A stretch of DNA of 42,821 nt from Priapulus caudatus (Eukaryota): contig NW_014577088.1 in the NCBI RefSeq assembly GCF_000485595.1, positions 689,688 to 732,508 of the forward strand. The letters are read 5' to 3'. The notes below the pieces were generated by a model. The model was not told where the DNA came from. It made no database searches and saw only the letters and a list, made by a program, of their open reading frames with translations. Of the stretch, positions 11,923-24,000 are shown piece by piece (position 1 is the stretch's first letter; each line of letters begins with the position of its first letter). The position numbers and the translations under genes are program-made.

Positions 11923-12672
11923 CAAGAGCTAATAATACCTAGAGTGTACAACGAAAAAACGTGAAAATAGTGCTATTTCACGACAACATTATTCGACTTT
12001 GCCTGCGAGACTAGAATAATTTTATAGTATTGCATTAAGCAGAATTCTTTGCTCTCTAAAACAAGACCAACCGCTTGTCAATACGATACTCCTAGGCTGA
12101 GATATTGGCTCCTAAACCTCCCCTCCCACATGCCTTACGCCGCCTCGCATCCAGCTTAATCACCAACCTACACGCCTCTAAGGTTGCTTCGTGAGAGTTC
12201 GGTTTTTTCCGCGATAACTTTATGAATGAACGGCGTTTCGGTGACTTTCGGGGGCATCGCCTATGCCCTTATCTCCCATTATCTTTCCTAGCACGGCTAA
12301 TGCCCGTCATGATGGAGCCGGCAATATGGTGTAGTAAGAGTACCAAATTTGGGCATGTGACATCAATTATCAGCGCTCCAAGCGGTGACGGAAACCGATA
12401 GCCAAAATGCTTAGGGGCGTGTAGTTTGGTGAATAAGCTGGATGCAAGGCGGCGTAAGGCATGTGGGAGGGGAGGTTTAGGAGCCAATATCTCAGCCTAG
12501 GAGTATCGTATTGACAAGCGGTTGGTCTTGTTTTAGAGAGCAAAGAATTCTGCTTAATGCAATACCATAAAATTATTCTAGACTTGCAGGCAAAGTAGAA
12601 TAATGTTGTAGTGAAATAGCACTATTTTCCCGTTTTACACTCTAGCCTAGGTATTATTACTATTAGCTCTTG
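11923..12672. mobile_element. Foldback-type element, ~260-bp TIRs, CAAGAG termini, 7-bp TSD (P-superfamily/Galileo-like)
   Basis: 11923-~12183 is the near-identical reverse complement of ~12410-12672; flanks atagtat / atattat. Confidence 0.8.
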
Positions 12673-12698
12673 ATATTATGATAGTCAGNNNNNNNNNN

Positions 12699-12770
<72 letters not shown>
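12699..12770. repeat. (GA)n microsatellite
   Basis: Direct reading. Confidence 0.95.
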
Positions 12771-12771
<1 letters not shown>

Positions 12772-14049
12772 GACGGATGAAAGGATAGACGGCAGCAGAG
12801 CGTCCCGTTGCGAAATCATGCGTGTACGCGAGTCGCGCGATCACTGTGTGAGTGGATGTCATGACGCGTAGCCTGGAGGCTAGGCGACCTTGTGCCTGTG
12901 AGAAGGATGACCTCTCACAGCAGAAGGAAGAGATAGGATAAGTACACACAACGAGTAATAGACACACAAATAAAACACTAAGCTCTCACTTCCTATAAAC
13001 ATGACCTAGATGGTACCTGCTTATACCGAGTAGGGAAAAACAAACAAAAAAGCGATCTGTCAGCACTGAACCGCTGCTACCAACACTGGCAGACAGACCG
13101 GAAATAGCATTTTGCAGGGGGAGCTCACTCTGAACTCTACAGACAGTCAACACCATAGGTCAACACAAACTCCACGACAGATGGCGCTCTCGCTCATTGG
13201 CTCAATCTGGTATCCTGAGTGTGCGAAGGGGGGCGCTGCATGCAGTTTGTGGTCAACACAGTATATCACGTGGTAGGGAACGGAATGTGGTATAAACAAA
13301 AGGGCGAGTAACTCCAAATGATTCCCGTCACTGGTTTGTGACCACCTATCGCCACCTACCCATCTTCGCCATCTCGTATACATCACAAACGTGGAATGTA
13401 CGCAGTAGAAAGTATATTGTCATTGTATAGTTGGATGGACTTGCTCTAAATTATTGGAATGTTTGAAAAATAGACTGTATTTTCTACCACAAATACACCA
13501 CACCCAGTATTGCGAGAAAAATTTTAGGCGTGCGGCGACACATGGTGACACGCCAGCAGCTATATGATATACAATCAACAGCTAAACAGGGCATATAGGT
13601 GGTTACATTGGTGCGTATAGTCCGTATACATCCTGCATACAGCAAATGAACAAAAATGAATGCTAGTAAAACATATATTTACATCGACCAAATCGATCAT
13701 ATTTTTGCATTCAACATATTTATATGATAGACTTGTACATGTAAATTTATGTATCATCCGACTGTTTAGAGCACACAATGAGATGCATTATCGATACGAT
13801 ACGATACGATACGATACGATACGACTGCATTATTAGACACTTAGATACGTATATATCATATAACAAAAACAAACAAAAAACAAACAACAATAACAAAAAA
13901 CCCGCCAAAAGCTCGTACTCGTGTCGTACTTAAGTCTGTGTGAGTTCAGTGTGAAATAATAGTCCATGAACAGCAGCTTTCATCTCTATGAGTGATTTCG
14001 CATACATGTATATAACTGTATAACTGTATAGCAAAGTTACTGTAGTTAG

Positions 14050-14838
14050 GTGTTTTGCCAACCACCGGATTGTCACTTTTTGATAAGTTGAATGTCCTTG
14101 AGGTATTTGAGTTTTATTGTTTTTCTGACAGGTTCGGGCATTGCTTTCAGTTTTTGTGTCAGGTTGTACCTCAGTTCTGCGACCTCCGGGGGGTAAATCT
14201 GGATATATGCCTCGGAACTCCCGTCCCACGTTTTTGTTGCGATCTAGCAGCGGTCAGTACGGCATCAGACAGGTCGAGGAATCTGATGATGATGTTTTTC
14301 TTCCCAAGAGGGCCACCTGGAAGTCTATGGAGAGCTTGTAGCAGAATTCCATCAGCCTTGTTGTCAATTTTCAGGTCGGATTTGAGAAACTGTCGGAATT
14401 TAGTTTCAGTAGAAGCTCTTGTTTCCGTCTTACCTCCGTCTATACCTTTTAACACCAGGTTCCATTTTCTCGACCATAAATCGAATTTAAGTCTCTCGTC
14501 GTGCCCACCTGCTAATTCCTGCTGTACTTTAGGGATTTCATCTTTTTTTATCGCCTCTGCGTGCTGTAAGTATTCGAACGACTCTTTCACCTCGTTGAGT
14601 TCTTTGTGTACGACTTTCCGGTTTCCCTTACTGCGTTGCTGTCACTCAGAACTCTCAGGTGCAGGGCGATAAAACATTTAGTTATGTCCTGCAGTTCATT
14701 GCACGAGTATAATTTTTCCAACTCAGAGACATCAACACAGGCGCATTGTGCTTGATCAACAATGGCGGTCGCCATTTCAGCAGGATTCGAAACTGAAGAA
14801 CTTTCCGTAGTCAGTTCCATACTCGCTTTTCTATTCAC
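14050..14838 (-). pseudogene. L1/Tx1 ORF1 remnant (coiled coil plus RRM-like region), frameshifted
   Basis: DLWSRKWNLVLKGI...ALHRLPG...IIIRF...DLPP(EV) resembles the SRRxNLRIxGI / AHR / IIVRF / DLP pattern of L1-type ORF1. It lies upstream of ORF2 on the same strand. Confidence 0.8.
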
Positions 14839-15976
14839 TCTTCAGGGACATGAAAAACTGCTCTGCGTTGTTCTATGAAAGTATATTTTCACTTGCGCCA
14901 CAAATTTACGGTGGATGGATGCCTAAATTATGGATAGAGATGGCTCATTTCTCCCAGCTCAGTTTTCACGTCCGATAGCGATATCGGCCATACCGGAATA
15001 CATAAGGGATCACAAGTTATGCATCATGAGGGACCATGCATGCTCACTATACCCGTCATATGCGCGTGTGCGTGGGTTCGTAGATCACACGTACGAAGCT
15101 TGTGTGCATCGCGCGTACATGGGTCTATACACGGGCTGAATCGAAAATGTACATCGCGTCGTGTACGAGGCTGTACGCTGCGTGTATCGCATACGTACCG
15201 TCCACATCAAAAAAGACTGTGCATGCGCCGTGCGAGTCGGACACGTGGCAGACGGGATGCCGCACGGCACCTACGATTAACGAATGTATAAACAGAAGCG
15301 GCGTTTGTACTTAACCTAGAAATGTTGCCAACGCTGCTAACAGATGGACGTCGCAGCCGCGAAGCGCTACAGAGGGCGACAAGCATGAAAGCAAGCAAGC
15401 CCCTAGTGGGATCGGCATCCCTTGAAAATTCGTTGGACCTACCGACCAGAGCGCTTTTCATTAGGCCGTGAACGACGAGTGAAGACCTATACAATCTGAG
15501 AAGAGCATTGGGGAGTTGTGCTGAACGAATCAAAATCCGCCAGTATCTAATGTGAGTGCCAATATATTTAGTGAGTGCTGATGAAGCGCGATGTAGCTTG
15601 CCCGTGCAGAAGAAGGGTGAATTCATACGTTTACCCTTTGATCCATGCAGGCGTAGATGCACGCGCGCACGCGCGCACGCACAGGCGAATGAATGTAATC
15701 ACGGACGCAAACACGGACGCAAACACGAACACACGGACGCCCTCGAGTACACACAAACGAGCGCAAACACGCACGCACGTATGTAGGCACGCACGCACGC
15801 ACGCGCACTCACGCACGCACAGAGGCACGCACGCGCGACCGATCGCTCGCCAGCCCGCACGCGTGATTTTTTTTCCTAGGTCAATCAAGAACATAGGGCT
15901 CTAGTGAGCGCTGCCATTGGTTGATACAAATCACGTGCCTCAAACTCCTGTTTTATGGTGCATTCACTGCATTGTG

Positions 15977-16048
15977 ACCCTAACCATAACCCTAACACTA
16001 ACCCTAATCCTAACCCTAACTCTAATCCTAACCGTAACCCAAACCCCA
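15977..16048. repeat. Degenerate interstitial (CCCTAA)n tract
   Basis: ccctaaccataaccctaacactaaccctaatcctaac... Confidence 0.8.
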
Positions 16049-17801
16049 TTTAAAAAAATATATACAAAATTTAATTTTTAATTGTTGTAAAAATTAATTG
16101 TTGCAAAAATTAATTGTTGTTATTAAATTGTTGTAAATAAATCATGTAAATGTTTGCGTTAATTGGAAGCGTCCACGCGCGCACGTGCCTACGCGCGCTC
16201 CCTCTCGCGGTCGTCGTGCTTCTTGGCAGCGCAAGCGTGTGGCCTACTGATTGCTGGAGATTTTCATCGTCGTTTATGAGCCGGCGGCTGTTTCTCATAG
16301 AAGCGTGCTAGCTGCCGGTCGCAGCATACCTTTCATCGCGCGCAGCAGAAGTACTTCCACGCGTCAGTCAACGCCAACGTCTGCTGCTGCTACTGCTGCT
16401 GCTGCTGCTGCTCCTCTTCCTCCTCCTCCTCCTCATCCTTTCGGTCCAATCGATAAAAACTAAAGGCGCGCCTGGGTTTCACCTGGTCAGCCACCGGTCT
16501 ACGCGTAGCGCATTTCGCGTAACGGCCGAAAAGCGCATTTCGCGTAACGGGCGAATAGCGCATTTCGGGAACTATTCGATTTCACTTGACCGCCATATTG
16601 CTTGTCCCAGAAGTAGATATAACAAGAAGAGGTTTACAATGACGAGTTTTTGATATTGTTTGTTGTTATATGTGTAGATTCGTGTGGGCAGTACACAGCT
16701 AGCCGAGCCGACTCATAGCGATGGGCAGAGAAACGGCTGCGTAGTGGTAGGCAGCACTCATATCAGCATCATCATAGGTAGCAGGTATCAGCTGAGGCAG
16801 CCGTAGATGCGAGCAGCGAGCCAAGAGTAGCGGTAGACAACGAGGCAGGCGTAGAGATCAAAAATCCCGCGCATCGCTGATTGAAAAACATTCCGATAAA
16901 CCGAAGCACGTAAATCATCAAGTTGTGTCTTCCTCGCCGACGAGCGAGCAAAACTCGCCTGTGCTCCCCCCCCCCATCATTCTGTTTACTCAGCGTGCTA
17001 CGGAGTGGGTGCGCCGCGAGCGCCGAGTACACCGAATAAGTGAAAGGCTGATGGCTTGCGATAGACATGTACCGACAGAAGCTCGTTCGCAGGCCAGCGA
17101 GTGTAGCATGCCGTAGCATAGCGATGGTATATTCTTCCCCCTTGTGGCCTTCATGTCCTCTATCTTCGCCAATTGTAAATGATTGTCAAAGCTGTGCCAC
17201 ACACAGTTCAGACGCGCACTGCTAGACATGCCCAGGCACATGCGCAAGGTAGAAGGACTATTGCTAAACTATATACCACGCTACACGTGGACGTATCGCT
17301 AAATCACGTTACTGTACCGCGGACACTCCGGGTGCTCTATAGACTCGTTTACGTATATTCCCTTCGATGTTACGCCACAAACTTACCGCTACTTGGCAGA
17401 GTATATGCGTGAGAAGATGGTATATGCTACGTACTATACTATATGATATGCGAGGCACAGGAAAGAGTACGATGTGCTGAGGAATGAAGAGTCTGTACGT
17501 GCTTTACGAATCGATGCCGGAGGTGTAGGGTGTCAAGCCATTAGGACGACGCTATTGTTAGTTCACCAGCGCTTATATTTAGTCCTGAAAAAATATCAGC
17601 CAATGTCGAGTGTGACGAAGTAGCTTCGCTGGAATCCAATATGGGTGAAGGACACAGTCCGAGTAAAGGATGTGTGAGTTTAGTCGCGCAGGTTCGGATA
17701 TATGACGAAGAAGAGAGAAGAATGCACGCCAAAACTAATAAAGCAATTGGTTTGTGTAGTAGCAAGGACTCGGGGGAGATTATGGTAGCCTAGGGTTAGA
17801 T

Positions 17802-17842
17802 CAAGAGCTCATCGACTCGTTCAAGTAGTCGATAGGCTCTTG
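17802..17842. mobile_element. 41-bp P-like footprint (second copy at 20288-20328)
   Basis: Arms caagagctcatcgact / agtcgataggctcttg (14/16); TSD gttagat/gtcagat. Confidence 0.7.
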
Positions 17843-18523
17843 GTCAGATGAATCCGGCGAGCAACGTTGGTGGGACGGCAGCAACACTAGCGCGAGCGAG
17901 TGGCGTGGTTTGGTTAGATTGCTTCCGGTTTGAGTGCACAATGAAGAGGCTGTACGCGGTGTTTATAGCTTATCCTGCGCTGTATAAAGTTATACGAGAG
18001 GCTTTACGCGGTATTTGGGTGCATACCCTGCGGTATACGAACCCGAATAAGGAATATGGGGCGGAGTTTATAGCCTCCGCGAGAGGATCGTGCGTACGCG
18101 TTCATCGCAGCGTTAAATATCGAATAAAAAAACTTCCACTTCATCTTGCCGATTTCGCCCCTGACGTATCAATCAGCGCTGAAATTAAAACAAATTATGT
18201 TACGCTGCGTTTTAACTTCAGGGTATAAATCGTAGAAAATCGTCGCAGTGCGCTTCTCATCTTACGGGAGAATGGAATCGATCGGTTGCAAGAGAGATCG
18301 GGTGACAATAAATGAAGAATCAACCGGAATGATCGATGAGGAAGAGACGCCGTAGATCACCTGGCGCATCGCAACAGGCGCTAGCCGAGCGCTAGCGCAC
18401 TTTGTTGCGAAAATAGAAAGATGAACTAGGGGAGAGGAGAGAGAGGGAGAGAGAGGGGGGAAGTGAGCGATACGATAAACGAAAGAAGCCGTTATATAGG
18501 GTACAGCATACCGAGGTAACGTC

Positions 18524-18604
18524 CAGGGGCGTAGCCAGGATGTTCAAAGTTGTAGGCACGACTATCTGAGCGGAGCGCGACCATCGGTTGGCGCGGAGCG
18601 TACA
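18524..18604 (+). mobile_element. Terminus of a hAT-like MITE (caggggcgtagccagg) present only in copy 1 of the duplication
   Basis: Copies diverge exactly after ggtaacgtc; CAGGGG is a typical hAT-MITE end. Confidence 0.65.
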
Positions 18605-21084
18605 NNNNNNNNNNNNNNNNNNNNNNNNNNNNNNNNNNNNNNNNNNNNNNNNNNNNNNNNNNNNNNNNNNNNNNNNNNNNNNNNNNNNNNNNNNNNNNNN
18701 NNNNNNNNNNNNNNNNNNNNNNNNNNNNNNNNNNNNNNNNNNNNNNNNNNCGTGGCCTACTGATTGCTGGAGATTTTCATCGTCGTTTATGAGCCGGCGG
18801 CTGTTTCTCATAGAAGCTTGCTAGCTGCCGGTCGCAGCATACCTTTCATCGCGCAGAGCAGAAGTACTTCCACGCGTCAGTCAACGCCAACGTCTGCTGC
18901 TACTACTGCTGCTGCTACTGCTGCTGCTGCTCCTCTTCCTCCTCCTCCTCATCCTTTCGGTTCAATCGATAAAAACTAAAGGCGCGCCTGGGTTTCACCT
19001 GGTCAGCCACCGGTCTACGCGTAGCGCATTTCGCGTAACGGCCGAAAAGCGCATTTCGCGTAACGGGCGAATAGCGCATTTCGGGAACTATTCGATTTCA
19101 CTTCACCGCCATATCGCTTGTCCCAGAAGTAGATATAACAAGAAGAGGTTTACAATGACGAGTTTTTGATATTGTTTGTTGTTATATGTGTAGATTCGTG
19201 TGGGCAGTACACAGCCGAGCCGACTCATAGCGATGGGCAGAGAAACGGCTGCGTAGTGGTAGGCAGCACTCAGCTGAGGCAGCCGTAGCTGCGAGTAGCG
19301 AGCCAAGAGTAGCGGTAGACAACGAGGCAGGCGTAGAGATCAAAAATCCCGCGCATCGCTGATTGAAAAACATTCCGATAAACCGAAGCACGTAAATCAT
19401 CAAGTTGTGTCTTCCTCGCCGACGAGCGAGCAAAACTCGCCTGTGCTTCCCCCCCCCCTCCATCATTCTGTTTACTCAGCGTGCTACGGAGTGGGTGCGC
19501 CGCGAGCGCCGAGTGCACCGAATAAGTGAAAGGCTGATGGCTTGCGATAGACATGTACCGACAGAAGCTCGTTCGCAGGCCAGCGAGTGTAACATGCCGT
19601 AGCATAGCGATGGTATATTCGTCCCCCTTGTGGCCTTCATGTCCTCTATCTTCGCCAATGGGCAATGATTGTCAAAGCTGTGCCACACACATTTCAGACG
19701 CGCACTGCTAGACATGCCCAGGCACATGCGCAAGGTAGAAGGACTATTGCTAAACTATATACCACGCTACACGTGGACGTATTGCTAAATCACGTTACTG
19801 TACGGCGGACACTCCGGGTGCTCTATAGACTCGTTTACGTATATTCCCTTCGATGTTACGCCACAAACTTACCGCTGCTTGGCAGAGTATATGCGTGAGA
19901 AGATGGTATATGCTACGTACTATACTATATGATATGCGAGGCACAGGAAAGAGTACGATGTGCTGAGGAGTGAAGGGTCTGTACGTGCTTTGCGAATCGA
20001 TGCCGGAGGTGTAGGGTGTCAAGCCATTAGGACGACGCTATTGTTAGTTCACCAGCGCTTATATTTAGTCCTGAAAAAATATCAGCTAATGTCGAGTGTG
20101 ACGAAGTAGCTTCGCTGGAATCCAATATGGGTGAAGGACACAGTCCGAGTAGAGGATGTGTGAGTTTAGTCGCGCAGGTTCGGATATATGACGAAGAAGA
20201 GAGAAGAATGCACGCCAAAACTAATAAAGCAATTGGTTTGTGTGGTAGCAAGGACTCGGGGGAGATTATGGTAGCCTAGGGTTAGATCAAGAGCTCATCG
20301 ACTCGTTCAAGTAGTCGATAGGCTCTTGGTCAGATGAATCCGGCGAGCAACGTTGGTGGGACGGCAGCAACACTAGCGCGAGCGAGTGGCGTGGTTTGGT
20401 TAGATTGCTTCCGGTTTGAGTGCACAATGAAGAGGCTGTGCGCGGTGTTTATTGCTTATCCTGCGCTGTATAAAGTTATACGAGAGGCTTTACGCGGTAT
20501 TTGGGTGCATACTCTGCGGTATACGAACCCGAATAAGGAATATGGGGCGGAGTTTATAGCCTCCGCGAGAGGATCGTGCGTACGCGTTCATCGCAGCGTT
20601 AAATATCGAATAAAAAAACTTCCACTTCATCTTGCCGATTTCGCCCCTGACGTATCAATCAGCGCTGAAATTAAAACAAATTATGTTACGCTGCGTTTTA
20701 ACTTCAGGGTATAAATCGTAGAAAATCGTCGCAGTGCGCTTCTCATCTTACGGGAGAATGGAATCGATCGGTTGCAAGAGAGATCGGGTGACAATAAATG
20801 AAGAATCAACCGGAATGATCGATGAGGAAGAGACGCCGTAGATCGCCTGGCGCATCGCAACAGGCGCTAGCCGAGCGCTAGCGCACTTTGTTGCGAAAAT
20901 AGAAAGATGAACTAGGGGAGAGGAGAGAGAGGGAGAGAGAGGGGGAGGTGAGCGATACGATAAACGAGAGAAGCCGTTATATAGGGTACAGCATACCGAG
21001 GTAACGTCGGCGTGGTTGCAGGAACCAGTGCGCCGGTAAGTTCTTACCAGTGTCCCAGCAGCTCTACTCAGCGCATACTTACCT

Positions 21085-24000
21085 GTTACCAGCTTGCCTG
21101 TAGCCACTACCAGCTTGCCTGTAGCCACTACCAGCTTGCCTGTTGCTGCTATAAGTGCGTCTAGAGCTGTTACATGCGTCCCTGTATCAGTTACCAGCGT
21201 ATCTGTTGCTGCTAGCAGTGCGCCTAGAGCTGTTACATGCGTCCCTGTATCAGTTACCAGCGTATCTGTTGCTGCTAGCAGTGCACCTAGAGCTGTTACC
21301 TGCGTCGCTGTATCAGTTACCAGCGTATCTGTTGCTGCTAGCAGTGCGCCTAGAGCTGTTACCTGCGTCCCTGTATCAGTTACCAGCGTATCTGTTGCTG
21401 CTAGCAGTGCGCCTAGAGCTGTTACCTGCGTCCGTGTATCAGTTGCCAGCGTTACTAGCACCCCTTATTAGTTACTAGCGCACATATATCGGTTACTAGC
21501 ATGACCGTATAGCTGTTACTAGCACTTCTATATCAGTTACTAGCACTCCTATATCAGTTACTAGTATTGTAGTGCGAAAGTGTGAAGACTTCGGGTTCTC
21601 GTAGGTCGACAGCGTAGAAGGTAGCAGCGTTGATAGCGTATAGATAACCAGTAGAGAGTAGACGTAGTCGCAGATTCTTGTTTACTTGGACTTTATTACA
21701 AACTCGAACACATACAAAAGATATACATACGTACGGCAACCTAACTAGGTCCGGTCGTCTCTGTTTCCGTCGCTACATCTTGAATGACTCACGTACGTCT
21801 CCTCGTAGGTAACCTCTGTAACTCGGTCTCTAGCTCGTGTCTCCCCGAGCGTCTATTTATACGCTTCTTAAAGCGCCCGGACGCCACACAATCCAAACCA
21901 GTTTCTCCCCGCAGCTTCTACTATTAGTGACATATCAACGCCAGTGACATACGCCAGTGACGCCAGTGACATATATCTGTAATCATTAGGGTGCGCGGTA
22001 GGGCTATGTATATATATACACCAGCATACGTCCCATGTTATTACCAAAACAACAATAACCAGAGAGACATGATACAAGATTGCGTAGCACAGCGTTGCTG
22101 TTGATCGTGAGCGCTGCGCGCGGATGAGACGCGCAGTTCCGCGGGATATGCGCACGCGACCGCGGGGATGTTCAAGTATGAAGCGCTGTCCGCAGTGGAG
22201 ACGTGCGCCAAATTTGAGGCCCGGCGCACGTCTCCACAGCGGTCAGCGGATGGTCTGTACTTTTAGAAGATGATAATGATTATATATGGACGATATTGTC
22301 GGAATTTGAGATTAGAAAACAGTAACAAAAATCGCTGAGTCATGCTTCAGATTAGCTGAATAAAAACGATTAAAATTTAATATGAACAAAACAAATACAA
22401 TGCTGCCATACAGTGGCATACTATCATTCTGTCCACCACTCACCTTCTCAGTTCTCACTCTTCTCTCTCTATATGTACACATGGTTCACCATTCACTACT
22501 TCTAGATTTATTATTGTTTTGTTACTCTGTAATAAACATACAGTATGAACGACGTTATCTTTTCGTTTGGATGCAAATAAATGTTTCTTTATATAAAATA
22601 CCACTGTGCAGTTGTTTGTTTCTTTTTTCAGTCTCAAAATACCCACCACCCATACTCATATTTACCTGTCTACATATGACAACGTATCTCTAGGCAGCCC
22701 GTTGGTATAGGGTTGTAGAGAACAGGTGACTCTCGAACCATGGTACACCCGAATTTGTTGCTGTTACCAAAATGCAACATAAGGACGTAGCGCAGTGCGC
22801 TAAACGCCGTGTTATTTTCGTTTTTGTGCCAAACTCTATCGTAGGAAACCGTTCTAGCCTAGCAGAATGCCCTAGTTCCTGAGATCGGCGATTTGGTACT
22901 GTGATGGGTCCCCACCTATAACAATTTCAAAGGGAGGTGCGGCGTAGGCTGTGATTGGAGGACACAAAATGTCAATCATCGGCTCGCCTCGGCATCATGG
23001 CTGCATCACGTCTAGCCAGGGTTAGAAGTATAGACGCAAGTCCTAATTAGCCGCAGTTCTACATTACAACACTAGCACACCTATATCAGTTACTATCATG
23101 ACCGTAGCTGTTACTAGCACACCTATATTAGTTACTATAGCATGACCGTATAGCTGTTACTAGCACACCTATATCAGTTACTAGTACACCTATATCAGTT
23201 ACTAGCTCTTCTATATCAGTTACTAGCATGACCGTAGCTGTTACTAGTACACCTATATTAGTTACTAGCATGACCGTAGCTGTTACTAGTACACCTATAT
23301 TAGTTACTAGCATGACCGTAGCTGTTACTAGCACACCTATATTAGTTACTAGCATAACCATAGCTGTTACTAGCACTCCTATATCAGTTACTAGCATAAC
23401 CATAGCTGTTACTAGCACTCCTATATTNNNNNNNNNNTTACTAGCATGACCGTAGCTGTTACTAGTACACCTATATTAGTTACTAGCATGGCCGTATAGC
23501 TGTTACTAATATACCTATATCAGTTACCAGCGTGCATATACGTGTTACTAGCATCTCTGTATAGCTGTTACTAGGATACCAGTAGCTGTTACTAGTACAC
23601 CTATATCAGTTACTAGCTCTTCTATATCAGTTACTAGCATGACCGTAGCTGTTACTAGCACACCTATATTAGTTACTAGCATGACCGTAGCTGTTACTAG
23701 CACACATATATTAGTTACTAGCATGACCGTAGCTGTTACTAGCACACCTATATTAGTTACTAGCGCACCTATATTAGTTACTAGCACTCCTATATTAGTT
23801 ACTAGCATGACCGTAGCTGTTACTAGCACTCCTATATTAGTTACTATAGCATGACCGTATAGCTATTACTAGCACACCTATATCAGTTACTAGCACACCT
23901 ATATCAGTTACTAGCACACCTATACCAGTTACTAGTATGACTGTAGCTGTTACTAGTACACCTATATTAGTTACTAGCATGACCGTAGCTGTTACTTGCA

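Larger units (their letters stand above)
6829..14900 (-). mobile_element. Decayed, near full-length L1/Tx1-type non-LTR retrotransposon
   Basis: ORF1 and EN-RT ORF2 remnants are colinear on the minus strand. Candidate AATAAA plus A8 tail at 6829-6839 (minus). Both element ends are approximate. Confidence 0.8.
16239..21008. repeat. ~2.3-kb tandem duplication (16239-18523 and 18752-21008) across a gap
   Basis: Near-identical sequence with scattered SNPs and small indels; duplicated ORF-track entries. Confidence 0.95.

Noticed and set aside
14055..14672. 205-aa plus-strand ORF
   Set aside because: Antisense shadow of LINE ORF1.
15005..15015. agggatcacaa as TSD partner of aaggatcacca at the LINE tail
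   Set aside because: Short, mismatched, and similar words occur elsewhere (11702).
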